A stretch of DNA of 24,000 nucleotides from Methanocella sp. MCL-LM (lineage in GTDB: Archaea; Halobacteriota; Methanocellia; Methanocellales; Methanocellaceae): assembly GCF_049676595.1 (NCBI RefSeq), contig NZ_CP187259.1:1376975-1400974 (forward strand), written 5' to 3'. This document shows positions 15,534 through 23,530 of this stretch, piece by piece. The translations under genes were made by a program, and so were the position numbers. The notes under the pieces were generated by a model. The model was not told the origin of the DNA, did no database searches, and saw only the letters and a program-made list of their open reading frames with translations. Each line of letters begins with the position of its first letter. Positions within the stretch are counted from its first letter, which is position 1.

Positions 15534-16190
15534 TTACGTGGTCCAGCTCAGCAGGACATCTGCGTTTCGCTCCGGTGCTTTTCTGCCCTCGTTAGTCGGG
15601 TAGCCGAAGGCCAGCGTCGCCATCATCCCGTATCCAGCCGGGACTTTCAGCTCCTCTCTGGTTTTCCTGTCAGTCCCAAGCGGCGCTGCCAGGCCGATCC
15701 AGCAGCTGCCCAGCCCGAGGGAAGCCGCAGCCAGCATCATGTTCTCGGCTGCGCAGGCGCAGTCTTCCCTGATCAGGCGGCTTTTCGGGGCAAAGATAAA
15801 GACCAGCGCGGGCGCATGGTGGAACAGGTGGAGGCCTGGCGCTTTCATCATCTTCGCATACCGTGCGATGCCCGGTCCTCCCAGACCTGTGGCCGCGGCT
15901 ACTTTTAAACCGATGTTCTGCTGCCACAGCTGCTTCGCCCGGTCTGCATACCTGTCAATATCTGCTTCCCCCGTCACCACGGCGAAACGCCACAGCTGCT
16001 GGTTCATGGCCGTAGGCGCAAATGTGCCGGCCTTGATGATCTCGAGCAGCACCTCGTCGGGCACAGGATCAGGCTTGTAGCTCCTGACGGATCGCCGGCT
16101 GTAGATATTCTCGAGTACCGGGTTTGAGAACTTTGCAGACGGGCGATCGCCGGCTGGCAGAGCAGGGATTACTCCTTCACTGGTTGTCAT
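15534..16190 (-). CDS. Nitroreductase family protein
   Basis: YSRRSVRSYKPDPVP and AGTFAPTAMNQQLWRF signatures of the FMN nitroreductase fold. 218 aa. Confidence 0.85.
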   Translation of the reverse strand: MTTSEGVIPALPAGDRPSAKFSNPVLENIYSRRSVRSYKPDPVPDEVLLEIIKAGTFAPTAMNQQLWRFAVVTGEADIDRYADRAKQLWQQNIGLKVAAATGLGGPGIARYAKMMKAPGLHLFHHAPALVFIFAPKSRLIREDCACAAENMMLAAASLGLGSCWIGLAAPLGTDRKTREELKVPAGYGMMATLAFGYPTNEGRKAPERNADVLLSWTT

Positions 16191-16334
16191 AATTACCAGT
16201 TGCTAAGTGTATCTACGGTCTATTTAACGTTTTTTGATTAAAATACGACGTTAAACATGCGTTTTAAAAATTTTATGACAAAATAATCTTTATTTCAAAA
16301 GTTGAGCGTATATCATGAACCCCAACATCGTAGC

Positions 16335-16724
16335 TCAGGCATACTTTTTCATGAACTCCTCCGGGGTGTAGACTTCATCGACCCACCCGAAGTGCTTCTT
16401 GTTGTTGGTGATCAATGGAATTTTCCGCTTGTATGCATAAGCGCCGATGGCATAGTCTACGGCGTGGGCCGACAGGTCGTACTTTATGAGCGCATTATTG
16501 GCCGCTATCAAGGCGAGCGACCTATCAAAGGGTACGATCTCGATATCCAGCCCTGCTAACGCACTGATAAAATTCGCCACAGATCCGTCCGCTCTCCTCA
16601 TCTGGTAGTACGAAAGCTCCATGAACGCATGGGCGGGGAGATAGCCTTTTACATTTTTCTCTTCCATCCAGAGCAGGAACTCCGGGCCACTGCTGAAGAC
16701 GTTCGTATCGAGGCAGACATCCAT
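16335..16724 (-). CDS. vapC: PIN-domain toxin VapC
   Basis: Acidic PIN residues in the expected order: N-terminal LDTNV, MEL, AVDYAIGA and LITNN. 129 aa. Starts 4 nt after the vapB stop. Confidence 0.85.
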   Translation of the reverse strand: MDVCLDTNVFSSGPEFLLWMEEKNVKGYLPAHAFMELSYYQMRRADGSVANFISALAGLDIEIVPFDRSLALIAANNALIKYDLSAHAVDYAIGAYAYKRKIPLITNNKKHFGWVDEVYTPEEFMKKYA

Positions 16725-16728
16725 CTGT

Positions 16729-16965
16729 TTAGCCTTCCCTGAACATTCTGTCGAAGCCTTTCCTGAATTCTTTGTCAGTTTTATCCAGGTCCTTGAAGCC
16801 CTCTACCATCTCGTAGACGAGGTCCTTCAGGCTCTTGATGATGATCCTGTCATCTTCTTCGATGAAGACTACTTTATCACCTGGCTTTACTCCAAGCTTC
16901 TTTCGGACATCGCCTGGCAGAGTTATCTGATTTTGGCTCGATACTTTACTCGATACTGATTCCAT
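16729..16965 (-). CDS. vapB: AbrB/SpoVT-type antitoxin VapB
   Basis: QITLPGDVRKKLGVKPGDKVVFIEEDDRIIIKS is an AbrB-type fold signature. 78 aa, immediately upstream of the PIN gene. Confidence 0.85.
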   Translation of the reverse strand: MESVSSKVSSQNQITLPGDVRKKLGVKPGDKVVFIEEDDRIIIKSLKDLVYEMVEGFKDLDKTDKEFRKGFDRMFREG

Positions 16966-17048
16966 TTATGATCACAATATTTTAAATGATACGTTCAATA
17001 TTAAATGTTATTGTTGGCTCATTTAAATGGTTTCGGGAAAGGTTTAAA

Positions 17049-18401
17049 ATGTGTAAGCACATCATTGAACCCGGCAATATGACAATTATAGAAACAGCGA
17101 AACGCATCCTCAAGGAAGGCCCGATCTGCGATGCCTGCATGGGGCGGCAGTTCGGCAAGCTTTCGACCGGGCTGACCAACGCCCAGAGGGGCAACGCTAT
17201 CAAGCTGACCTTATCCATGGAAGCGGCTGCTAACGGCGATATGGAACTGCAGAAAGAGCTGGCTCCGACACTGCCCCAGGCGAGAAAACTGGCGGGCGGC
17301 GAGGAAGAGGAATGCTGGCTGTGCAGAGGCCTGTTCCAGCATCCCGAAAAGCTCAAAGAATACGCCGACAAGTGCGTCGAGGTCGTGAAAGGCTACGAGT
17401 ACGACACGCTGCTGGTAGGTACGAAGGTACCCCCAATCATGTCAGAGAAGGAGGAAGTGCTCTGGGCTGAGTGCGGCATAGCCAACGCAGAGCCGCTGAA
17501 GTCGGAACTAAACCGGGAAGTCGGCAAGCTGGTCTCCCAGATGACCGGCAAGCAGGTCGACTTCAAGCGCCCCGACGTGCTTTTCACCATTTACCTCGCG
17601 GACGAGAAGGTTAAACTTCAGGTGCAATCCTTGTTCATCTACGGCCGGTATAACAAGTATGTCCGGGATATCCCCCAGACCAGGTGGCCTTGCCGGGAAT
17701 GCGGCGGAAAGGGCTGCGAGCGGTGCAAGAACACTGGCAAGATGTATACTAACTCTGTAGAAGAGCTGATCAGCCACAAAGTCATCGAAGCCTTCAAAGC
17801 CCACGACGGAGTACTGCATGGCGCGGGCAGAGAAGATATCGATGCCATCATGGTGGGCGAGGGCAGGCCCTTTGTTATGGAGGTTATGGATCCTCACGTG
17901 AGGCGCACAGACCTGGCAGCGCTTAAGGAGCAGATCAATACTTATGCAGAGCCGAAGGTAAAAGTGTCTGACCTCGTATACGTGGCCAAGAATGCGGTCG
18001 AAGAGGTCAAGTCGCTCAAGGTCAACAAAGTATACAGGCTTAAAGTTATATACAATGAGGATATTTCAATAGAAACACTTAAATCTTCGTTAGCTACTCT
18101 ATCTAACTCGGAGATACTTCAACGTACGCCTGAGCGGGTCGCACATCGACGTGCCGACCTCGACCGAACAAGGCACGTTTATAGTATCGACCTGGAAGAG
18201 CTGAACGCGGAGAAAAAGTACTTCGTGATCACTGTCCGCTGTGAAGGCGGGCTATATGTGAAAGAACTTGTTTCCGGTGATAACGGCAGGACGCGGCCTT
18301 CGCTGTCGGCGCTGCTCGGAACGCCGGTCAAAGTTCAGGAACTCGATGTCACAAAAGTTGAAGGAGGAATATCATGGCAAGATCACATGGCGAGAGATTA
18401 A
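17049..18401 (+). CDS. pus10: tRNA pseudouridine(54/55) synthase Pus10 (start uncertain: 17049 or 17079 preferred over track start 16986)
   Basis: N-terminal zinc-ribbon cysteines (CDACMGRQF, CWLCRGLF), a second Cys cluster (CRECGGKGCERCKNTGK), and a catalytic-block-like GAGREDIDAIMVGEGRPFVMEV. The 16986 start lies inside the AT-rich divergent promoter region. Confidence 0.85.
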   Translation: MCKHIIEPGNMTIIETAKRILKEGPICDACMGRQFGKLSTGLTNAQRGNAIKLTLSMEAAANGDMELQKELAPTLPQARKLAGGEEEECWLCRGLFQHPEKLKEYADKCVEVVKGYEYDTLLVGTKVPPIMSEKEEVLWAECGIANAEPLKSELNREVGKLVSQMTGKQVDFKRPDVLFTIYLADEKVKLQVQSLFIYGRYNKYVRDIPQTRWPCRECGGKGCERCKNTGKMYTNSVEELISHKVIEAFKAHDGVLHGAGREDIDAIMVGEGRPFVMEVMDPHVRRTDLAALKEQINTYAEPKVKVSDLVYVAKNAVEEVKSLKVNKVYRLKVIYNEDISIETLKSSLATLSNSEILQRTPERVAHRRADLDRTRHVYSIDLEELNAEKKYFVITVRCEGGLYVKELVSGDNGRTRPSLSALLGTPVKVQELDVTKVEGGISWQDHMARD

Positions 18402-18673
18402 AGACGAGGCACAAGTTTAACAAGGACCTCAGGGCAAGAGGCCTCTCCCCGGTCAGCAAGGCTGTACAGGACTTTGAGGTCGGACAGAAGGTCCACATCG
18501 ATATCGACTCGAGCGTCCACAAGGGCATGCCTTACCGCAGGTTCCAGGGCCTCACAGGCGAGATCCTTGGCCAGGCGGGCCGCGCGTGGTTCGTCGGCAT
18601 CAGTGACGGTGGCAAGAAGAAGACTGTCATTGCCCGGTCGCAGCACCTGAAGCCGCAGAAGAACAACGCATAA
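18374..18673 (+). CDS. rpl21e: 50S ribosomal protein L21e
   Basis: MARSHGERLKTRHKF...GMPYRRFQGLTGEI is a typical L21e sequence. 99 aa. Overlaps the pus10 end by 28 nt. Confidence 0.92.
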   Translation: MARSHGERLKTRHKFNKDLRARGLSPVSKAVQDFEVGQKVHIDIDSSVHKGMPYRRFQGLTGEILGQAGRAWFVGISDGGKKKTVIARSQHLKPQKNNA

Positions 18674-18685
18674 GCAGGGATCGTA

Positions 18686-19036
18686 ATGATCATCAAGAAG
18701 GTAATAAGCGAAGAGTTGCTCACCCTCCCGGAAGTCAGGGACATGCTCAACCACATCAAGGATGAGCGTGAACAGGCCGGCGTAGAGCTCCGCTACGAAC
18801 AGAAGCGGGCTGTGGAGCACGCCAACACGTTCTCCAAACTTGACGGCAAGGCTTCCAGGGACATGGTCAACGAGCTTCTTACCCTTGAGAAGATGAAGCT
18901 CGACATCGCGATCAAGATCGCAAGCCTGTGCCCCCGTACCAGGGATGAGCTCAGGTCTATTTATGCTAAGGAGCGTTTCACCCTGAGCGATGCCGAGCTG
19001 AAAGCCATCTTAGATATAGTAGCAAAATATATCTAA
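18686..19036 (+). CDS. rpoF: DNA-directed RNA polymerase subunit F (Rpo4)
   Basis: 116 aa. LTLPEVRDML...YEQKRAVEHANTFSKL pattern, in the canonical position after rpl21e in archaeal genomes. Confidence 0.85.
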   Translation: MIIKKVISEELLTLPEVRDMLNHIKDEREQAGVELRYEQKRAVEHANTFSKLDGKASRDMVNELLTLEKMKLDIAIKIASLCPRTRDELRSIYAKERFTLSDAELKAILDIVAKYI

Positions 19037-19104
19037 GCAATACTTTATTTTATCTTAGAGCAATATACGATTATACACATAGTACCAATCAGGGTGAACT
19101 ATCG

Positions 19105-19674
19105 ATGACCACGACCCACGCTATCGACATCAAAGAGCAATACGCATATGTTCTAGACTTGCCCGCTGGCCACGGAGATGACACCAGGCCAATCCACCTC
19201 AGGGAGCCGCTGGCTCAGTCCCTCGGCTCGGAGTACTTCATACTACTGGAGCTGGTCATGAAAGAGGGCTCGAAGGTGGAAATCGGGAGTAAGGTCTTTG
19301 TCGGCAAGGGAGAGCGTGACGTGGTCAAGCGGGTCGAAAAGCGGCTCAGGTACGAGGAGCTTACCCAGGGTGCCAAGATCGAACTCCCCTACATGATCGA
19401 GAAGATCGTGAAGGAGAACGAGGCCAAGTACCTGGAGTTCTTCAACATCGCCCAGCCGATCACCACTAGGCTCCACATGCTGGAGCTTCTCCCCGGCATC
19501 GGCAAGAAGATGATGTGGGCGCTGATCGACGAGCGCAAGAAAGGCAAATTCAAGAGCTTCAAGGAGCTGGAAGAGCGGGTCAAAGGCCTGCACCACCCCG
19601 ACAAGCTCATCGCCCGCCGCATCGAGGAAGAGATCAAGGACGAGACCATCAAGTACAGAATGTACGCGAAGTAA
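19105..19674 (+). CDS. DUF655-family putative RNA-binding protein (OB fold plus helix-hairpin-helix)
   Basis: YAYVLD..., ...HMLELLPGIGKKMMWALIDERKKGKFKSFKELEERV is an HhH-like segment. It occupies the conserved position between rpoF and ksgA in archaea. Confidence 0.8.
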   Translation: MTTTHAIDIKEQYAYVLDLPAGHGDDTRPIHLREPLAQSLGSEYFILLELVMKEGSKVEIGSKVFVGKGERDVVKRVEKRLRYEELTQGAKIELPYMIEKIVKENEAKYLEFFNIAQPITTRLHMLELLPGIGKKMMWALIDERKKGKFKSFKELEERVKGLHHPDKLIARRIEEEIKDETIKYRMYAK

Positions 19675-19696
19675 GAGCTCGGGGATAACTATCTCA

Positions 19697-19729
19697 CCGG
19701 CACGGATCGTGCCGGCCTCATAGATTTTT
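19697..19729 (+). terminator. Hairpin plus T5 between the DUF655 gene and ksgA (terminator or attenuator candidate)
   Basis: ccggcacg-gat-cgtgccgg (19697-19715) followed by ttttt (19725-19729), 14 nt before the ksgA ATG. Confidence 0.45.
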
Positions 19730-19742
19730 ATGGAGCATAAAA

Positions 19743-20549
19743 ATGGACCTCGCCCCTGACAAGCGTAAAGATCAGCACTTTCTTGTAGATCAGAACGTAT
19801 TGCACAGGATAGTGGACGCTGCGTCTCTGTCCCCAGACGAAGATGTACTTGAAATCGGCGCCGGCCCCGGCAACCTCACCCGGCTGCTTGCGCAAAAATC
19901 GCATCACGTCTATACTATCGAAATGGACAGGCGCTTTGCAGAAGCGCTCGAGGCCGATTTTCGAGGCTCCAACGTCACCGTCCTCCAGGGCAACGCCCTG
20001 AAAGTGGATTTCCCCCGGTTCGATAAAGTAGTGGCTAATCTGCCCTACTCTATCTCTTCAGACGTCACCTTCAAACTTCTGCGTCGCCCTTTTAAGTTCG
20101 CCGTTCTGATGTACCAGCGGGAGTTTGCGCTGAGAATGGCGGCCAGGGCCGGGGAGGAAGACTATTCCCGGTTGTCTGTCACTGTGCAGCACTTCGCCGA
20201 CGTGAAGCTGCTCTTCAACGTCTCCCGGCGGGCGTTTAACCCGCAGCCCGAGGTCGAGTCGACAGTGGTCAAGCTTACTCCCCGGCCTGCAGGCTATACC
20301 GTCGCAGATGAGGAGCTGTTCATGAAGCTGGTCACTGCGGCTTTCGCGGGCAGAAGGAAAAAGCTCCGGAAAGCCCTCTTGAACGGGGCGCACATGATGA
20401 GCCTGAAAGACCCGCAGGCTATTCTCTCTGCGCTACCTCCCGAAATTCTGGACCGGCGGGCGGAGCAGGTGTCCCCCGAAGAGTTCGCCTTACTGGCGAA
20501 CGAGGTGGCGAGGCTGGTGAAGCATGACAGTTCGGATCTACCGGGATAA
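19743..20549 (+). CDS. rsmA: 16S rRNA (adenine-N6,N6)-dimethyltransferase KsgA/RsmA (Dim1)
   Basis: DQHFLVD, AdoMet motif EIGAGPGNLT, and NLPYSISS. Confidence 0.92.
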   Translation: MDLAPDKRKDQHFLVDQNVLHRIVDAASLSPDEDVLEIGAGPGNLTRLLAQKSHHVYTIEMDRRFAEALEADFRGSNVTVLQGNALKVDFPRFDKVVANLPYSISSDVTFKLLRRPFKFAVLMYQREFALRMAARAGEEDYSRLSVTVQHFADVKLLFNVSRRAFNPQPEVESTVVKLTPRPAGYTVADEELFMKLVTAAFAGRRKKLRKALLNGAHMMSLKDPQAILSALPPEILDRRAEQVSPEEFALLANEVARLVKHDSSDLPG

Positions 20550-21105
20550 AGAGTTCGAGCTGCTGGAAGGCGTCTACGATCCCGGCGATGACTCTTTCCT
20601 GCTGGTCGAGGCGGCGCTCAAAGATATCCGGCCCGGCGAAAAGGTGCTCGAAGTGGGCACAGGCTCCGGCGTCGTCTCGTTTTTCGTCAAAGAGGTCACC
20701 GATGTCATAGCCACGGACATCAATCCCATCGCCTGCCAGAACGCCCGCCTCAACGGGGTCGAAGTCGTGAGGACCGACCTGTTCAGCGGCATCTGCGGCC
20801 AGTTCGACGTCATCATCTTCAACCCGCCATACCTGCCGACTTCCGAGGACGAAAGGCTGGACGCCTGGCTCAACCGGGCGTTCGACGGAGGCCCGGACGG
20901 GAGGGACGTCATCAGGCAGTTTCTGGCCGGGGTCAAACGGATCCTGCCGATCGGGGGCCGGGTGCTGACAGTGTTCTCATCCCTGACCGACATCGATGCC
21001 GTAGCTGAACTGTACCGGCAGCACGGCTTTTCTGTGGAAACAGTTGCCAGGGAAAAGGTGCCCTTCGAGGTGCTGGTAGTGTTTAAATGTATCCGGCTAT
21101 CCTGA
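20524..21105 (+). CDS. HemK-related/Mtq2-like AdoMet methyltransferase (NPPY type)
   Basis: Motif I VLEVGTGSGVV and catalytic IIFNPPYLPT. 193 aa. Overlaps the ksgA end by 26 nt. Confidence 0.82.
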   Translation: MTVRIYRDKEFELLEGVYDPGDDSFLLVEAALKDIRPGEKVLEVGTGSGVVSFFVKEVTDVIATDINPIACQNARLNGVEVVRTDLFSGICGQFDVIIFNPPYLPTSEDERLDAWLNRAFDGGPDGRDVIRQFLAGVKRILPIGGRVLTVFSSLTDIDAVAELYRQHGFSVETVAREKVPFEVLVVFKCIRLS

Positions 21106-21293
21106 TAATTCCATATTAGAAAATTGATTTTTAGTAGAAAACGGTTAAATTTGGGGCCGTTGATTTATTATTCTACGATAACCGTCGATATCCTGCCGCA
21201 TTCCCGGCGGATGCCGGAGTAATCAGAGTTTACTGCGAGCGGGAGGGGGTATCTGTCCCTGAGAATGAAGACGGTTGATCCACGAGGGATACG

Positions 21294-21776
21294 ATGCGTT
21301 TAAAACTATCCTGTACTGCAGTCCTGTGTACAATAATGCTGACTGTTTTGATGATCGCTGCGACAGCCCAGGTCGCAATGGCTATGGGGGTTGCACCTCC
21401 CCCATCTGATCCCACACCCGAACCGACGCCCGAACCTGGGCCGGGACCTGCACCTTCGACAGATCCTACCCCTGAGCCTGCTCAGCCTTCCGGGCCTTCC
21501 GGGCCCTCCGGGAGCTTCGATATGAGTCAGTTCTACGTCCGGCCGACGCCTACTCCGACGCCGGAGCCGACCGTCACTCCGACGCCTACCCCGGCTCCTA
21601 CCGCTACTCCGGAGCCCACGGTTGAGCCAACCCCGGAGGCAACCGCAACGCCTGCCCCGTCTCCGACTCCCGAGGCCGGTTCATGGTGGTCTAACTACTG
21701 GTACTGGATCGTGCTTCTGGTACTGATCATCATCGCCGTTGCAGCAGCGTATTACTACATGAACACTAAAAAGTAG
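21294..21776 (+). CDS. Secreted Pro/Thr-rich low-complexity protein with a C-terminal membrane anchor
   Basis: Signal-peptide-like N-terminus (LSCTAVLCTIMLTVLMIAATAQVAMA). Long TPEPTP/PTPTP repeats. Aromatic-rich C-terminal TM segment WWSNYWYWIVLLVLIIIAVAAAYYYMNTKK. Confidence 0.65.
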   Translation: MRLKLSCTAVLCTIMLTVLMIAATAQVAMAMGVAPPPSDPTPEPTPEPGPGPAPSTDPTPEPAQPSGPSGPSGSFDMSQFYVRPTPTPTPEPTVTPTPTPAPTATPEPTVEPTPEATATPAPSPTPEAGSWWSNYWYWIVLLVLIIIAVAAAYYYMNTKK

Positions 21777-21778
21777 GC

Positions 21779-21807
21779 ACGGGGGAAAATACCCCGTCAT
21801 TTTTCTT
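21779..21807. terminator. Bidirectional hairpin terminator between convergent genes
   Basis: acgggg-gaaaata-ccccgt (21779-21797) followed by ttttt (21800-21804). The minus strand reads the same hairpin followed by CTTTTTAG. Confidence 0.55.
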
Positions 21808-21814
21808 CGGGCAC

Positions 21815-22642
21815 TTAAAACTTGCTCAACTTTTGTAAAACGTTCTCGATCAAGGGCCTTATTTGTCCCTCGTAGCCGTCGGGCGATAGCCGGAAGTACA
21901 GGCTTCTCAAAAACATCTTCACGTTGTTCCGCAGATAATCGTCCTCAGGGTGCGAGCCGCTCTTCAGGATCTCTCCGAACATCTCCAGCCATCCGACGAT
22001 CGCCTGCTTGTCCAGAATTCTTCTACCCAGGATGCCGACCACTGCCCTGGCCAGTCTTTCGTCTTCCCTGTGAATGTAGATGTAGCTGTTGATGACCACT
22101 TTTTCGCTGACGGAGTGCAGGATGTCCAGCAGGTCGCGGCTGTCCGTAAACTCCTCGCACTTCCCCAGCTCGCCAAAAACGTCGGCCGCATGTGCCGTGG
22201 AGTGGGCCCAGCCCTTTTCTCCGACGTAGCCTCTGACATCCTTTTCCTCTGCCATGTACCGGACCATTTTAGCCTTGACCTCCCGGAGGTCTGCCAGAGT
22301 CAGGAATGTGTTCCTCCTGTGGGCGTCGATGATCAGCGCCACGACCAGCAGCGAGAATGTCCTGGTAAAAACCGAGTCTGTCCCTTCTTCTCCGATCCTG
22401 TAAAAGGCGTGCGAGTCGTCCAGGCAGGTGTTCAGCAGGTGTTTCAGCTCTCCCGGAGAAAATTTATCAGCCTCTATCCACCCGGCGAACGTCTCATAGA
22501 TGAGATCGTCCCGCAGTACCGGGTCTGTCGAGCCGATGTTTTCCAGCATCCCGGGGACGAGGCCGAAATCGGCCGTGTCATGGTCAGGACAATTTCTTAT
22601 GTTTATCAGCTTCTCTTTCAGCGTATGCAGGGTTGGGGTCAT
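21815..22642 (-). CDS. DUF2785-like hypothetical protein
   Basis: 275-aa all-helical ORF. The blocks FTRTFSLLVVALII and GWAHSTAHAADVFGEL resemble the DUF2785 family as I recall it. Not verifiable here. Confidence 0.65.
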   Translation of the reverse strand: MTPTLHTLKEKLINIRNCPDHDTADFGLVPGMLENIGSTDPVLRDDLIYETFAGWIEADKFSPGELKHLLNTCLDDSHAFYRIGEEGTDSVFTRTFSLLVVALIIDAHRRNTFLTLADLREVKAKMVRYMAEEKDVRGYVGEKGWAHSTAHAADVFGELGKCEEFTDSRDLLDILHSVSEKVVINSYIYIHREDERLARAVVGILGRRILDKQAIVGWLEMFGEILKSGSHPEDDYLRNNVKMFLRSLYFRLSPDGYEGQIRPLIENVLQKLSKF

Positions 22643-22814
22643 CTCTATTCACCTGTCATACTGCCGTGGAGATGTTAAGTATTACGGAGCTGCCGAAAGT
22701 AAGCGTCTATTCTTAAGACTGGTAGCACTGGTATGTTGATTTTGTGATTGATAGAATGACAAAACGAACATTCGACCGCCGGGTAGTGGCCGCTTTATCT
22801 TCTCCTGCTGTGAC

Positions 22815-23084
22815 ATGAGCATAAATCGCCCGACTGCCATCTGGGCTATCGAGGCATCATTCATGAGGCACATCATACTGGATATCAGATCTGCCGCTTA
22901 CCACTTCGCCGGCAGGCTTCTGGAACCGCTACTGCAGGCCATACGGGGCATCCGTAAAACAAAACTGGCGGCTACCGGAAAATCGGCCAGGCAGCTGGAA
23001 GCCGAGAAGCAGGCCCGGGCTGATCATGCCAGGCACCTCGGAGAAGCATCGTCGGCAATCCTGCCTACTCAATTCTTCCGCTAA
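22815..23084 (+). CDS. Hypothetical protein (weak call)
   Basis: 89-aa ORF with a plausible helical composition. It competes with an overlapping minus-strand ORF (22929..23126). No motif recognised. Confidence 0.25.
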   Translation: MSINRPTAIWAIEASFMRHIILDIRSAAYHFAGRLLEPLLQAIRGIRKTKLAATGKSARQLEAEKQARADHARHLGEASSAILPTQFFR

Positions 23085-23129
23085 TTTTTTAGAGACTGTA
23101 CGTTCTGCACTTGCTGCAGCGATCATCCT

Positions 23130-23469
23130 TCATACGACTTTGTCCTTCCCGGAAGCCTTATCCCGGATCTGTTGATCCAGCCACGTATCGAACCGGTAGA
23201 CTTTATAAACCAGTATTGGGACTACCTTCTCGAAGTACCCTTCCTTCTGCAAGGCATCCTGGAGCTCTTTCAGCTCCGCCGTCGTTTTCGTCCAGACGTC
23301 TATGGTTATGTCATTAGGTAGCGTGCTGGATGATCCTCTGCTCCACCAGGTTCTGGACTCGCTTGTGGGCGGAGTTCGCAGAGACGCCGAGCTTGTCTGC
23401 GAGCTCCCGGTATGTGACCCTGGAGTTTGGGACGAGTTCCTGGATTATCCTGAGGTCAATATTGTCCAT
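23130..23469 (-). pseudogene. Lrp/AsnC-like regulator split by a frameshift (N-terminal HTH of 51 aa, then a C-terminal segment in the +1 frame)
   Basis: My own translation. 23469..23314 gives MDNIDLRIIQELVPNSRVTYRELADKLGVSANSAHKRVQNLVEQRIIQHAT*. The shifted frame stays open across that stop and reads ...NDITIDVWTKTTAELKELQDALQKEGYFEKVVPILVYKVYRFDTWLDQQIRD..., ending with a TGA at 23130-23132. Neither piece is in the ORF track: the first is under 60 aa and the second has no start codon. Confidence 0.55.
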
Positions 23470-23530
23470 GGTCGGGCTGCACCGTATCAATAATCGATAT
23501 GCTGCTATATAATTGCTTACACAGGTCCGG

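Noticed and set aside
16986-17048. Track start codon 16986 for pus10 (MIRSILNVIVGSFKWFRERFK...).
   Set aside because: The extension lies in the AT-rich divergent promoter region shared with vapB. It adds a non-conserved-looking leader before the canonical Pus10 N-terminus (..ETAKRILKEGPICDACMGRQF).
21106-21293. Possible riboswitch or leader RNA upstream of the Pro/Thr-rich gene (small hairpins aacgg...ccgtt and ccggc-ggat-gccgg).
   Set aside because: There are only short isolated stems. No recognisable riboswitch core and no nested architecture is present, so support is insufficient.
22929-23493. ORFs 22929..23126 (-), 23111..23317 (+), 23302..23493 (+) and 23330..23512 (+).
   Set aside because: The plus-strand ORFs are antisense to the Lrp-like HTH and its shifted continuation, which have recognisable family features. 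22929..23126 has an implausible second half and competes with 22815..23084. None has motifs.
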